From: Octopus sinensis
Taxonomy: Eukaryota
Direction of reading: 5' to 3'
Length of the DNA: 64,000 nt
Assembly (NCBI RefSeq): GCF_006345805.1
Contig: NC_043004.1
Location: 87,544,001-87,608,000, forward strand
Numbering within the stretch: the first letter of the stretch is position 1; the number at the start of each line of letters is the position of its first letter. Below the pieces are notes generated by a model. The model saw only the letters and a list, made by a program, of their open reading frames with translations, had not been told where the DNA came from and ran no database searches. This document shows, piece after piece, positions 52,517 through 64,000 of this stretch. Both the position numbers and the translations under genes were made by a program.

Positions 52517-53260
52517 TACATATACATATATACATGCATACATACGCAATAATGGTACACATATATACACATACACACACGCAGACAGATGCATATACAT
52601 ACATATATATATAAATTACATATCTATATAAATACATACATAATACACATATACGCACACATATATATATATATACATATACATGCATATACATATACAA
52701 GTATACATACACATACATACACACACACGCGCACACATACATATACACACACACATATATACAAATACATACATATACACATACACACACACACATATAT
52801 ACATACATATACACATATACATATATATATATATATATCAACAAGGGAGGGTAAAGTTAATTAGTTATTAATCAATTACATCAAGTGTTCAGTATGTAAA
52901 GGGACCATTATTAATTTGAGTCAACAAAGTTAGAGGGAAAAAATTCTCTAAGTAGTGGAAGAGGCTAAAAAACTTTATTGGCTGCTATTTCTAGAAAGTT
53001 TAGTATGTGGCAAAGTAATTTATTTTATTTTACTAAGCCCTAATTATATAATATTTTATACATACATACACATACATAAACACATACATTTACACATACA
53101 TATGCATATACATATATACACATATACATACAAACAACACATATACACATATACACACACACACATACAATCACATACATATATATTACATATATATACA
53201 TATACATATATATATATATATATTATATATATATATATGCAAATATATATACATATATAT
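50860..53260. repeat. About 2.4-kb degenerate (TA)/(CA)/(TACA) compound microsatellite with two unique islands (about 51075-51240 and 52840-53060)
   Basis: Near-continuous purine-pyrimidine alternation read directly from the sequence. Confidence 0.97.
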
Positions 53261-55904
53261 ATTTTTACATATGAAACAGTACTAGTCCTGTAGAAGCTCC
53301 TTCTATATAATAAATATATATATATATATTATATATTTAAATCTTTCCCATTGCAATTTTAAAATGTTTAAATACTCTTTGCCATTACAGTATTCAATTT
53401 GTCATCAATTATTGATAAAGAAATAACACTATATTTTCATTTAAAACTCTTGGATATTGCATCATGATCATAATCATCATTGTTACTACTGGGATTTCAA
53501 GACTGACACTGGCTTTGAATTCATATGTAAAAGATTGTCCTTGACTCATTTTGTATTAGTGATCTAATTGTCTTTATAGCAGCCATACAAGAATACCTTC
53601 ACTTAATGATTCAATTGGCTCCAAGTGTTCAATCATTAAATGATTGTTAAATGAGAGGCCATTTCACATAGAAATATTATAAATGGTAAGCAGTTACATT
53701 CTTATTGATGAGATTTGTCATAAAATCTTCCTCTTCCAAGTGTTACATCCACTTTGAGTGCTTAACACTTCTTTTAACAGCTGATATCCTCCATACACAT
53801 TACATGACAAATAATTTCATATACTTCCCCGAGCCTTTCAAAATACTGAACAGATCAGTGGCCAGATATGCTTTTGCAGGGGATTACAAACATACATCAT
53901 TTTTGCATGGTGGTGACATTTGTTTACAATTAGTTTACTCTGTCAGACAAGGAGAAACAAACTCACTTACACAATGGGCTTCTCCCAGTTTCTGTCTTTC
54001 AAATTTCACTCAAGGTATTGGTCAATCTATGGCTATGGTAGAAGACACTAGCTAGCACACACATATTTTATTTTCTATTCTTAATTTACACAATATGTCA
54101 TTGATCACCCACACATATCATCATTATAAATGTTCTTTGCAATTCAAAAAATCTGTTATGTGGACATCAACAATCATAAGACTGAGTAATAGGTAGTAAT
54201 CTCAGCACTATGATAATTACTACACTGCTTTTTGCATTGAGTACTGATAAATTCAAAAGTATATGAAATACATCAACTCCCATCAATCTCTCAGTTTCAG
54301 AGGGACTGCAAGTAACATAAAATAATAATGGAACAATATTCCCTTCAACCAGGCCCCACTCCAGTCCTAATAAATGCTTATATCAACATTTTAAATATGC
54401 GGTTTAAATCTTACATACTTGTATTGACAAATTTGAATCCTATAACAATTTGAATCATTTAGAAATGATTCAGTTGTTTTCTTAACTTGCGGTCATTTTG
54501 TCTGTTTCTCACAACCACCTTTCACATTCAATAGCTCATTATTCTATTATTTTTTTAAGCAAATGCAAGTCTCCTGTTTTTGTCATGGCCAAATAACATT
54601 ATATAATATATGCATTATACATTTATATTTTTACAGAACAGAATATTTTTATCATGGACAATGAGAAAATTTCACTAAATATCGTCCATTATGCTCTCCT
54701 TGGCACTAGAACAGAACTAATAAAATAACAAAACATCTATATATTTCAGTGATCAAATTCGGAAATAATTCATAGTCTGGTGTGTTGAAAATTGGTTCAA
54801 TAAAACATAAAGGAAAAAAGAAAACAAGTTGATTAAATGCTACTCTCCAAAATAAAATAGGCAAGTGTTGTTGGGAGCATAAATTTGGTAAAAAATCTAA
54901 ATTAACTGAATTCCTCATTAATGATGCTGACCATGTTGACACATCTTATAAGACAATAGCAACAAGGTATTAATCTCATTGTTTTTTCAAGGTAGATTTT
55001 GAATTCAATCTCATTGAAAATTCAGTTCAGTCGTCATTTACTTAGTAAAATCTTCCCTAAATCTAACATCCCTTTACTTGAATATCTAGTCTTTTTATTT
55101 TGAGGACCTATGTGATTAGCCCAGATACATAATTAAATTTTTTCTATGGATCGATATCAGCTGTCTTCATTGGTTAATATCATGTTTTGCCAGATTCCAA
55201 TTGGTGATTAATATTCTTAAACAATGCCGATCCATACATCACTGCTATATACTGTGCAGTAATTTATTAATTCATATATCAGTTTCTTTTGCTACTTTCT
55301 TTGTATGTATTAATCAGATTTTACCACTCATCTATTTTTAGCTTCTTCTATTCCCATAATATTACAAAAGAAATGACTCCAACAAAATCTACTTCTATAT
55401 CAACACACTTAATGCAAATCAGGTTTGTTCTTTGTCAAGTTATTCTTTATCAGTTATCTTGCAAGAAATATGTTGTGTGCAGTCCCCTGGTAGAAATTGT
55501 ATATGTGTAATTTAAGTCTATGCTATTCTGGTCTATTAATTTTAGTCATCCAAATTCCTACTTTATACTGCATCACTGTTGCAGTTAACAATAGCAGCAA
55601 AATTACAGGAAATATTTACTCAGTTGGAGACATTGTAAATGCTAAAAGAATCTTCTTTGAATGCCAACTTTCAAACAGAATTAGAACTGTAAGTGAACAG
55701 GAAGTTAGAATTAATAGATAGCAAAGAAAGAGGACAACTGGTCCTTTTATGAAACCAGATATTTCAACTCCTCCCAAAAAGTTCAACTATTGATGGAATA
55801 ATATTACAATATTAAAAAAAAAAGATTAAAAACATAAATGTCATGTTTTAGAAGCATAGCTTTACTTTTCAAATAGTAAACTGTTTTAATTACTGAAGTA
55901 AGAC

Positions 55905-56056
55905 ATGCACACACATATATATACATATATATACACACACACACACATATATATATACACACACACACACACGCACATATACATACACACACATATATAT
56001 ACATACACACACACATATATATATAGACACACATATACACATACTTATATATACAA

Positions 56057-56101
<45 letters not shown>

Positions 56102-56127
56102 AACATACGTGTATATATATATATATA

Positions 56128-56160
<33 letters not shown>

Positions 56161-56270
56161 TACATATGTGCATATGCATATACATATGTATATACACATA
56201 TACACACATATATATATATATACATATATACATACATCTGTATGCATACATATGTATATACATACATATG
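55905..56270. repeat. Compound (CA)/(TA) microsatellite
   Basis: Read directly from the sequence. Confidence 0.97.
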
Positions 56271-56459
56271 TCTGGATTAATGGTTTCACATGTTGAATAT
56301 ATATATTTTTCTCTCTTGGTTTTTCTTCATCCTTTTCACTCAAAGAGTGTAGGCTCAGAACAATTTAAAACTTTTCCATTTTTCCTGAGTGCCAAACTAC
56401 TTAATACACCTTGTTTGTTATTCCTTCATCTGGCTCTCTTTTGTTTTTTGTACATTTGA

Positions 56460-56509
<50 letters not shown>

Positions 56510-57630
56510 AAATAATTTCATGGAAAATAAAATAACCTAGAAAGAAGTGTAGAATGCAATCATTTGGTAATGTCAAAATTTACATAAAATAGTTTTATTA
56601 GAACAACTCTAGGCAGGAAATAAAATTTACAAATTTACAAATGTAAATTTTTTTCACCAATTTTAAACAGACTTATAATTCACAATTGGTTCTCTATTTT
56701 GAGGTTAAATTTATCCATTTGATACTTTAATAAATATCTGAACCAGAATTATAACTTTATTCTGACATATTCTTTGATCTTTTCTCTGAGCCTGGTTGTA
56801 CATTTTAACTCTATCTGTCTATGAAAAACTTTTATATTTTTTCCATAAAAATCATCTCTTAATAAGGTACGCTATTAGTAGTACCATATTTTCTTCTTTC
56901 TGATCATTATTGTTATGTGTGCAATAAAACTCCAAATAAAGTGGATATCTCTTCTGTACATACATAGAAATGAACCAAAGAATACATATTCATACAATTT
57001 CATTACTTTTCCTTTTTACATACTGTGAATGAAGTTAAAAGGAGAAAAAAAATTCCTTCCTATCAGAGGAATGGCCTGTATAACAATCTCACTTTATGTA
57101 TATTGTGTGTGTGTGTGTGTGTGTGAGAATATGAGACAGACTGTCTGTCTGTTTTCGTAATGTAAAATGCCAATTGACAACTATAAAAACTGGCAGTGCT
57201 GATGCTCAATGCACAAACAATGCATTGCAATATTGGTAAATTGCTTGTAAGACATTTCATACAGAATTCTATTGCAACATTGCAGAATAAATTTCAATAC
57301 GCAATATTTTTGCTCAAAGAAAAGAGGCAGTTATGTTTTATTAAACAAATTAAATACACTGAAAACCTTTCTAATAAAATAAAGAAATTAAAAAAATAAC
57401 TCATTCATATTAAATAATTACATTTTAGAGTAAATTTTTAAAAATTCATATGTAAGTAATAATGACATTAAGAATCTATACCTTTTGGTTCTATAGGAAT
57501 CTGTACCATGATTCTGCTGGAATTTATACCTTTTACTAGTATTATTTTCCGTTTTTTTACTTGATAGGTCTGAAGGAAGGGGCAGAGGTCATGATGTTTT
57601 CAGACCTACTGAAAATGGTGAGACTGATTC

Positions 57631-57813
57631 CACTCTTTTGATACCAATCCACATGAGACAACCTCTGGTTATATGATATAAATTAAAAACCTTCCACAAA
57701 AATTTCAGGCTAATTTATATTCCAAACAATCAACTTAATAATGACAAAGTTATTTTACTAAATTGTTCATTATTTCCAAAATTAATTGAAACAAATGGTA
57801 ACAAAAAAGTTAA
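57631..57813. mobile_element. piggyBac-like MITE, degenerate
   Basis: Ends 'ctcttttgatacc' ... 'ggtaacaaaaaag' followed by TTAA; the interior is shared with 63400-63607. Confidence 0.5.
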
Positions 57814-58181
57814 TGTTCCACTTAAACTTTCGCAAGTTAATGCCTGCAGGAAAGATATGAGCAGAGAGGAGATTCCAGTGCAACAGGGAGTGCCTGAGTG
57901 CAGATAACATAAAGCAAGCCTGTTCTAATGAGCATTAGAGTAAAGGAAGAAAAGGTTGAGAAAAAAGACAGTAAATGTGTATGCAATAACAACAGTCCCT
58001 GATGTGGGGGTGATACTGTATTGTGGGCCTCACTTGAGCTTTATAGAATGTTAGCAATTGTTGGAGGCTAAAATATTCTTAGTAACATTAAATTATCCAT
58101 AGAACAAGAATAAAAGTTAAGATGATATCAATAAACACAAGCAACAATATCAACTGTTCAAGCACTTACTGTTTGTATGTA

Positions 58182-58222
<41 letters not shown>

Positions 58223-58259
58223 TATATATATGTATATATATGTATATGTATATATATAT

Positions 58260-58629
58260 ACTCTTTTACTTGTTTCAGTCATTTGACTGCAGCCATGCTG
58301 GAGCACCGCCTTTAGTCAAGCAAATCGACTCCAGGACTTATTCTTTGTAAGCCTAGTACTTATTCTACCAGTCTTTTTTGACGTACCGCTAAGTTACGAG
58401 AACATAAGCACACCAGCATCGGTTGTCAAGCAATGTTGGGGGGTACAAACACAGACACACAAACACACACATATATATATATATATACATATATATGACA
58501 GGCTTCTTCCAGTTTCCGTCTACCAAATCTACTTACAAGGCTTTGGTCGGCCCAAGCCCCACAGTGGGACTGAACCCGGAACCATATGGTTGGTAAGCAA
58601 GCTACTTACCATACAGCCACTCCTGCGCC
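58260..58629 (-). mobile_element. Near full-length tRNA-derived SINE family A (best copy in the window)
   Basis: Minus strand: ggcgcaggagtggctgtatggtaagtagcttgcttaccaaccatatggttccgggttcagtcccactg (A/B-box-like head), microsatellite spacer and tail ending 'tgactgaaacaagtaaaagag'. Confidence 0.92.
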
Positions 58630-59469
58630 TATATATATAGTAACTCAGAAAATACTCAGATTATATTAAAAAAAAAAATAAAGAGAAATACAATTTCATT
58701 AGCATTAGTACGTAATATCAAATTAATCTATAAATTAGGAAAGATAAGCTTTCAAAAATAATTTTATTGTTATATTTATTTATAAAGTTTTTAATTAAAA
58801 CTTTCTATATAGATAAAATTAAGTAAAAAAATTAAATATAATTTCAATAAAATACGGATGGATTAGTTTGAATATTTTCAAGAATTTTTGAAGTTCTAGC
58901 AAGACAATTGGAAGCAAGCACTATAGCAACCTGCTTTAAAAAACATTGCATTTTGTTTCTACATAAGGATTTGAACTCATTGTCTGAAAATCTAAAACTA
59001 TACCTATTCTGGTACTACAGTGCTTTAATATCTAATAATAAGTTAATTCAGAAGCATTTATAACTAATGTAACAATTTCGCTTGGAGAAAAGTATTTGAT
59101 AAGATTTTATTTACTAATGCCTTGTTTGATCTTCACTATTCACACCTAAGAGAGAATTTCAAAAGTTCAGAATTCAAAGCTCTAAATCACTTAATAAATG
59201 TGAGTGCTCACTTCTAGATCTAACCTTACACTAGTAATTTAGAACTGCTTTTTATTTAATCACTGTGTGCCATTGACACCATTGATAGCAATTTCAAAGG
59301 TATAAATATTGATATCATTGATAGTAATCTTCATAACACTTAATGATATCAATGTTAACCTGACTTTACTTTCAAACAGTTTTAGCCTCAGCTTAAAAGA
59401 AAAGAGAAAAAAAAAGTCAACCATTTTAGAAATGACAGTGCCCATAATGTTTGCTAGCTCTCCTAAGCC

Positions 59470-59711
59470 AGGCAGATTGATGTGATTGATGTTTGATATC
59501 TGCATCTATATACGCGGATGACTGTAGAAAAAAAGTGGAGAGGAAATCCAGAAGGTAGCATTCTGAGGAAGGTGAAGCATTTGTATTAATCAGATTTAGG
59601 AAGTAAGACACAGTAAGAGCGATTAGAGGAAAGATAGGTAGGTTAGATTTTGCATAGGGGGAGGAGATAAGCAACTTGTTAGTTCAGAGGAAAGGAAGTC
59701 ATTACAGCGAT

Positions 59712-59712
<1 letters not shown>
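59470..59712 (-). mobile_element. Degenerate CR1/L2-group LINE 3' end
   Basis: The minus strand reads CNDFLSSELTSCLSPPP, and 'ttcctcagaatgctaccttctggatttcctctcca' resembles FPRTATLWNSLP; same family as 8310-8520. Confidence 0.4.
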
Positions 59713-59759
<47 letters not shown>

Positions 59760-60674
59760 CGAGCAAGAGAAGAGCACATTTGTGAATTAGTGGCTATAAC
59801 ATATTGGTGAGTGAATCTTTTCCAGTGAGGTGCATGGCCATCTTGTGGGTGCAGTGTAGGAGGTTTGTGTGTGTAGCAGCAATACCATCTTATATATGCA
59901 GTCTACTTTAGTGTAGTATTTTATAGATGGTTCTAACGATTTTCTAAACTGAGGCTGAAGTATTTTCTGCCATGAAGAGACAGCATAAGTCTTCAGGATA
60001 CAATTTTGGAAGTTACCATGAGAGCCAAAAATTTAACTTCTTAGGTAACCATTTTGGTTACAAGCAACATATATTTGGAGAATAATTTAAAGCTTAAATT
60101 TGAAATCATCAAACTAAACTTGGTTAGCTAAAAAAGCACATAAGTATCAGTTAAGTAAAAAAAAGCATATTGTAATTTCTTCATCTCAGAAGAACATCTT
60201 ATCAAAAACAATTTTCTGTTTGTATCTATAATGTTTCATGTGATGAATCATTGATAAAATTCTGTTAAATACTTTACTTATAAACACTGTTTACATACGC
60301 TTCATCATTTTGATACAATATCTTTCACATTCCTAGAAATCAATTAAATATATTTTAAGCTGATTTTCATAACTAAATAGCAAGCTTACTTTTCTTAAAA
60401 TAAAGAATGAAAAGGATTTGTCATTATTGATATTAAAAAAAAAAATATCTGCCACATATAAGAGTATAAAGTATATTGTTAGTACTTATTTTATAAAGCT
60501 AAGAGAGATAAAGGCAAAGTTGAATCCAGCAGCATAAGAACGCTTTAAAAAATATTCCACTTAAACTTTTGCAAGTTGATGCTTGCAGGAAAGATATGAA
60601 CAGAGAAGAGACTCCAGCGCAACAATGTTCTGAGCAGAAAGAATTGGATACTGAAAAGCCATGAGTGAACAGGG

Positions 60675-60754
<80 letters not shown>

Positions 60755-61647
60755 AAGCACAAGACACAAAATTAGCCATTTTGTTTGATTCTCTGTCGAC
60801 ATAATCTTACTTCAATAACCCAGGTGTTAAGTGTAAGGAAATTAAATTACTATTCAGAGTTCGATATGCACAAAGTACAAATTTTCGATAATTAACAACT
60901 TATAGACTCCTTATTCAAGTAAGTTCTATATTGATAAAGAAACTTAATAGTGTTAATATAACTTCACTGAAGTACAATAAATGGAATGCAACATCTTATA
61001 CAGGCAAACTGTTTTAAAAGGTTTGCGATGCTACAAAATGGAAATCAAGAAAATGATAATCTTGAGATATTGAAAACTATATTAAATTGAGAACTAATTT
61101 TTCTAAATATCCTTTATGAAATAGGGAAAAAAAAGGAAATACTCTGCTTTTTATATTCTTTTTTTTTTTATGAAAGAATCATGAAAAATATTTAAATTTG
61201 AAAATTATGAGAAAAATCAAAATTCAGAATTGCAGAGAATTTGTTAAGGGCAAGTAATGAAAGGATGTGCATTGGTTAGCAAAGGGTTGTAACAAATTTT
61301 TACAAGTCAGAGATCTCTAAAATGTGAACTATTGTCTTTAAAACTGTCTAGAATATTTAAAAAGAAGGATTTTTGTTTTTCCAGATGTGTGCATGAGAAA
61401 ATTGATGAAGGTGTAATATAAAACAAGAACTGTATCAGACTCAAATAGCTGCCTATACAAAGGCTTGCACATTCTATAACACTGAAACCGGATGTCATAC
61501 CAAAAAGCTAATTAAGTTGAAGGTAACATTTATAAATTATGATGCTTGTCAGATACATACAAAAGAGATGCACAAACTAACTGAAGAATTATTCTTATAA
61601 CAAAATATTTCTGGTAACAAAATACTTATTTCTGGTAATCTAATCAA

Positions 61648-61870
61648 AAGGTGGTGAACTGGCAGAGTCATTAGCATGCATTATATTTGTTCCAACTCTA
61701 TACTCTGAGTTCAAATTCTAATTAGATGAACTTTGCTTTCATCCTTTAGGGATTGATAAAAAAATTACCAGTCAAGGACAATAGACTGGCAGAATTGTTA
61801 CAGCATTAGTTTGGATACCTTGCAGTATCTGTTCCAGCACTGTGCATTCTAAGTTCAAATCCTGCCCTGC
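61648..61870 (+). mobile_element. Degenerate dimeric SINE family B
   Basis: 'aaggtggtgaactggcagagtcattagc...ctgagttcaaattc...ctttgctttcatcc'; a second head at about 61785. Confidence 0.7.
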
Positions 61871-62789
61871 ACTGAAAACTGGTAACACTTCTGTCAGGAT
61901 AGTATCAGCTATTTGAAAAACCAATGGAAATTTAATTTCTTGGGATTGATTGTAAGCTTGACTGGCACCAGCTAATCTAGTGGCAACATTTGAAAAATCT
62001 AATGAACCTACATCAAATTGCTGACTAATCCAATATTTTCAATTTAATTCCTTTTATAAATTCCATATATAAAAATAGAACCACTAGGAAATTCATCATA
62101 AAGCAGGGTTTTTTTTTTTTGTTCATAACATTTGACTTTGTATTTAAAAGGGATTAATTTTATAAAAAGAGAAATCTCTTTCTGTAGCAAAACCAAATTA
62201 CTCATTGATATTATTAATTTTTGACTGTTCTGTAGTTCTAAATCAGATTATGATAGAGTAAACCAAAATTTATATGCTCTCAAAAGGAAATCATCGCCTT
62301 GCAGAAAAATAAAACAAATAACAACAAAAAACTCATGAATATGAAAATTAGATAGAGAATGATTTGACAGCTGTACTGAAATGAATGTAGATGTATTAAA
62401 TTATACTAATGGAAGAAGTAACTTTTTTGGGGACAAAATCTCCTTATCTCAGTTTTCTTGAGACATTGTTCCAGTACAAAAATAGGAAGATACATGCAAA
62501 GTACTGTAGAATGCTAAGTTGCAAACAAAATGAATTAATTCAGTATTTCAGATTTAAAAGCACCAATCATGGACTGTAAATTTAATTTCTTTTTTTTCTT
62601 TTTCATGACAGAGGAGGGAAAGAAATTTTCCTGAAGTCAGAGAGTTGGCTCAAATGCTTTGAGCAGAGTTGATTATAATAAAAATGAGAAAAAAGGTGAA
62701 TAAATGGATTATCTATTACAAGGACATGGATAGTAACTCCACTAGGTTTCTGTACAATTTCCCCTGAACCAAATTTCACAGGAAAGACT

Positions 62790-62900
62790 TTTTTCAAACC
62801 AAAGCTATTGTAGAAGACACTTGCCCAAGATGATGCATAGTAGGATTGAACACAAAAGCATATAGTTGTGAAGCATACTTCTTAACCACACAGCCATGCC
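62790..62900 (-). mobile_element. SINE family A head fragment
   Basis: 'tagaagacacttgcccaag...cttcttaaccacacagccatgcc'. Confidence 0.75.
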
Positions 62901-63399
62901 TGCATAATTACTCATTTCAAAATGTTTAGTTTACAATTAGGGTTTGTTATTGATGAACAATGTTAGATAAAATAAATTGTCAATAATATGCTGAGTAAAT
63001 ATTTTTCTATTAAATACATTAAATCATAATGATACACTGATACATTAAATCATAATGATGTTTAGCCTTGGTTATAGGCATCCTTTATAGATAGATGATC
63101 TCAATATGTTAAAGTTATGTATTATTCTCATGATTTAGAAAAATCATGTAAAAGTTAACATTAACTTTAGAACGTAGATTGAGGCAGCCATATATTCATC
63201 AGATAGTGAAAATATATTCCAAGACTCAGGCTTAATTATTTTACACTGTGTGTAAATATTATTCAACATTATTCTTTAGTTAATCAGTGTTACATGTTTG
63301 ATAACTTAATATTTCATGCCTTTAGAATAAAAGAACCTGTATGTATTAATGTCAAATTAATGGATTTTATCATCTATTACAAGGCCATGGATAGTACAT

Positions 63400-63607
63400 C
63401 TTAGAACACTCTGAAATTCTACAATATAAGCTGCATGTTTTAAAATGGTCAAAATTAAAATGCTGCATCAAAATTTCATGCTAATTCATGTTCTGAACAT
63501 CAGCTCAATAATGACAAAATAATTATACTATATTCTTATTATTTTCAAAATTAATTGAAACAAAGGTAGTGTATTTCATTAAAAAATATGGTAATGAAAG
63601 GATTAAT
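63400..63607. mobile_element. piggyBac-like MITE remnant
   Basis: Shares 'aaaatttca(t/g)gctaatt', 'aataatgacaaa' and 'caaaattaattgaaacaaa' with 57690-57800; ends 'ggtaatgaaaggattaa'. Confidence 0.45.
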
Positions 63608-63848
63608 AATATACACAAACAATTCTCCTACACATACATAACCAACAACTCACCTGACTTTCCTAAATCATCAGACATGAAGTGGTTCTTCATTTCTCAT
63701 TGAACTATCTCATAATTGCTGACAAGTACCTGAGCTAATTACTGAAGTCTAATTTGATTCTTAACAATTCTATTTTTTCTTGCTGCTTTGTATTTAATGT
63801 TCTCATATTAGTATTGTAATCATCAACAAATATCTCCTGCAGCCAACT

Positions 63849-63851
<3 letters not shown>

Positions 63852-63882
<31 letters not shown>
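63852..63882. repeat. (TC)n microsatellite
   Basis: Read directly from the sequence. Confidence 0.97.
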
Positions 63883-63886
<4 letters not shown>

Positions 63887-64000
63887 AGGATCACAAGGAA
63901 AGTTTTGAAAATCTTGATGCACTAGACATATAAATGGTTTCTAGTGTGAGAAAATTAAAAACTAGGAAAGTCACATTCAGTATTAGCAAACCCCTCTTCA

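Larger units (their letters stand above)
50483..53315 (-). mobile_element. Putative non-autonomous Penelope-like/retrozyme-like unit filled with microsatellite
   Basis: Hammerhead plus AATAAA near the left end; perfect 45-bp inverted repeat 50552-50596 / 53271-53315; both ends lie in (TA)n. Confidence 0.5.

Noticed and set aside
50864-53293. Many long ORFs, including a 407-aa His/Ile/Tyr/Thr-rich ORF (51408-52631) and a 202-aa Cys/Val/Tyr-rich ORF
   Set aside because: Purine-pyrimidine alternation excludes stop codons in all frames; these are microsatellite artefacts.
55804-56459. ORFs of 125-184 aa
   Set aside because: Same microsatellite artefact.
58560-58629. tRNA gene
   Set aside because: The tRNA-like A/B boxes continue into a SINE body present in many copies, and no complete cloverleaf is evident.
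63650-63830. Minus-strand exon with a gtgagt donor
   Set aside because: The most plausible reading frame from the acceptor contains several stops; more likely a decayed TE fragment.

Overview
This is AT-rich eukaryotic DNA crowded with microsatellites and repeats. The SINE and LINE families look like those of octopus (coleoid cephalopod); this is inferred from repeat morphology, not from a search. I recognise no intact protein-coding gene, and the window reads as intron or intergenic DNA with at most a few small candidate exons. DNA transposons include a full-length decayed hAT/Buster (SPIN/GTF2IRD2-like) element with TIRs and an 8-bp TSD, a hAT MITE with a perfect TSD, a full-length decayed D,D34D mariner, Tc1-like and pogo/Tigger remnants, piggyBac-like MITEs and Helentron-type HINEs. 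Retroelements include several RTE-clade LINE pieces (one with a PHD finger inside the RT region and a tandem hairpin array in its 3' UTR), CR1/L2-group 3' ends, an R4/Dong-like restriction-type endonuclease fragment, a Penelope-like remnant and three tRNA-derived SINE families. The most striking signal is a type I hammerhead ribozyme fold on the minus strand (50569-50619). Its 3' half recurs as a perfect 45-bp inverted copy at 53271-53315, so the two copies bracket about 2.7 kb of mostly purine-pyrimidine microsatellite. This suggests a non-autonomous Penelope/retrozyme-like unit. The long ORFs at 50.8-53.3 kb and 55.8-56.5 kb are microsatellite artefacts.
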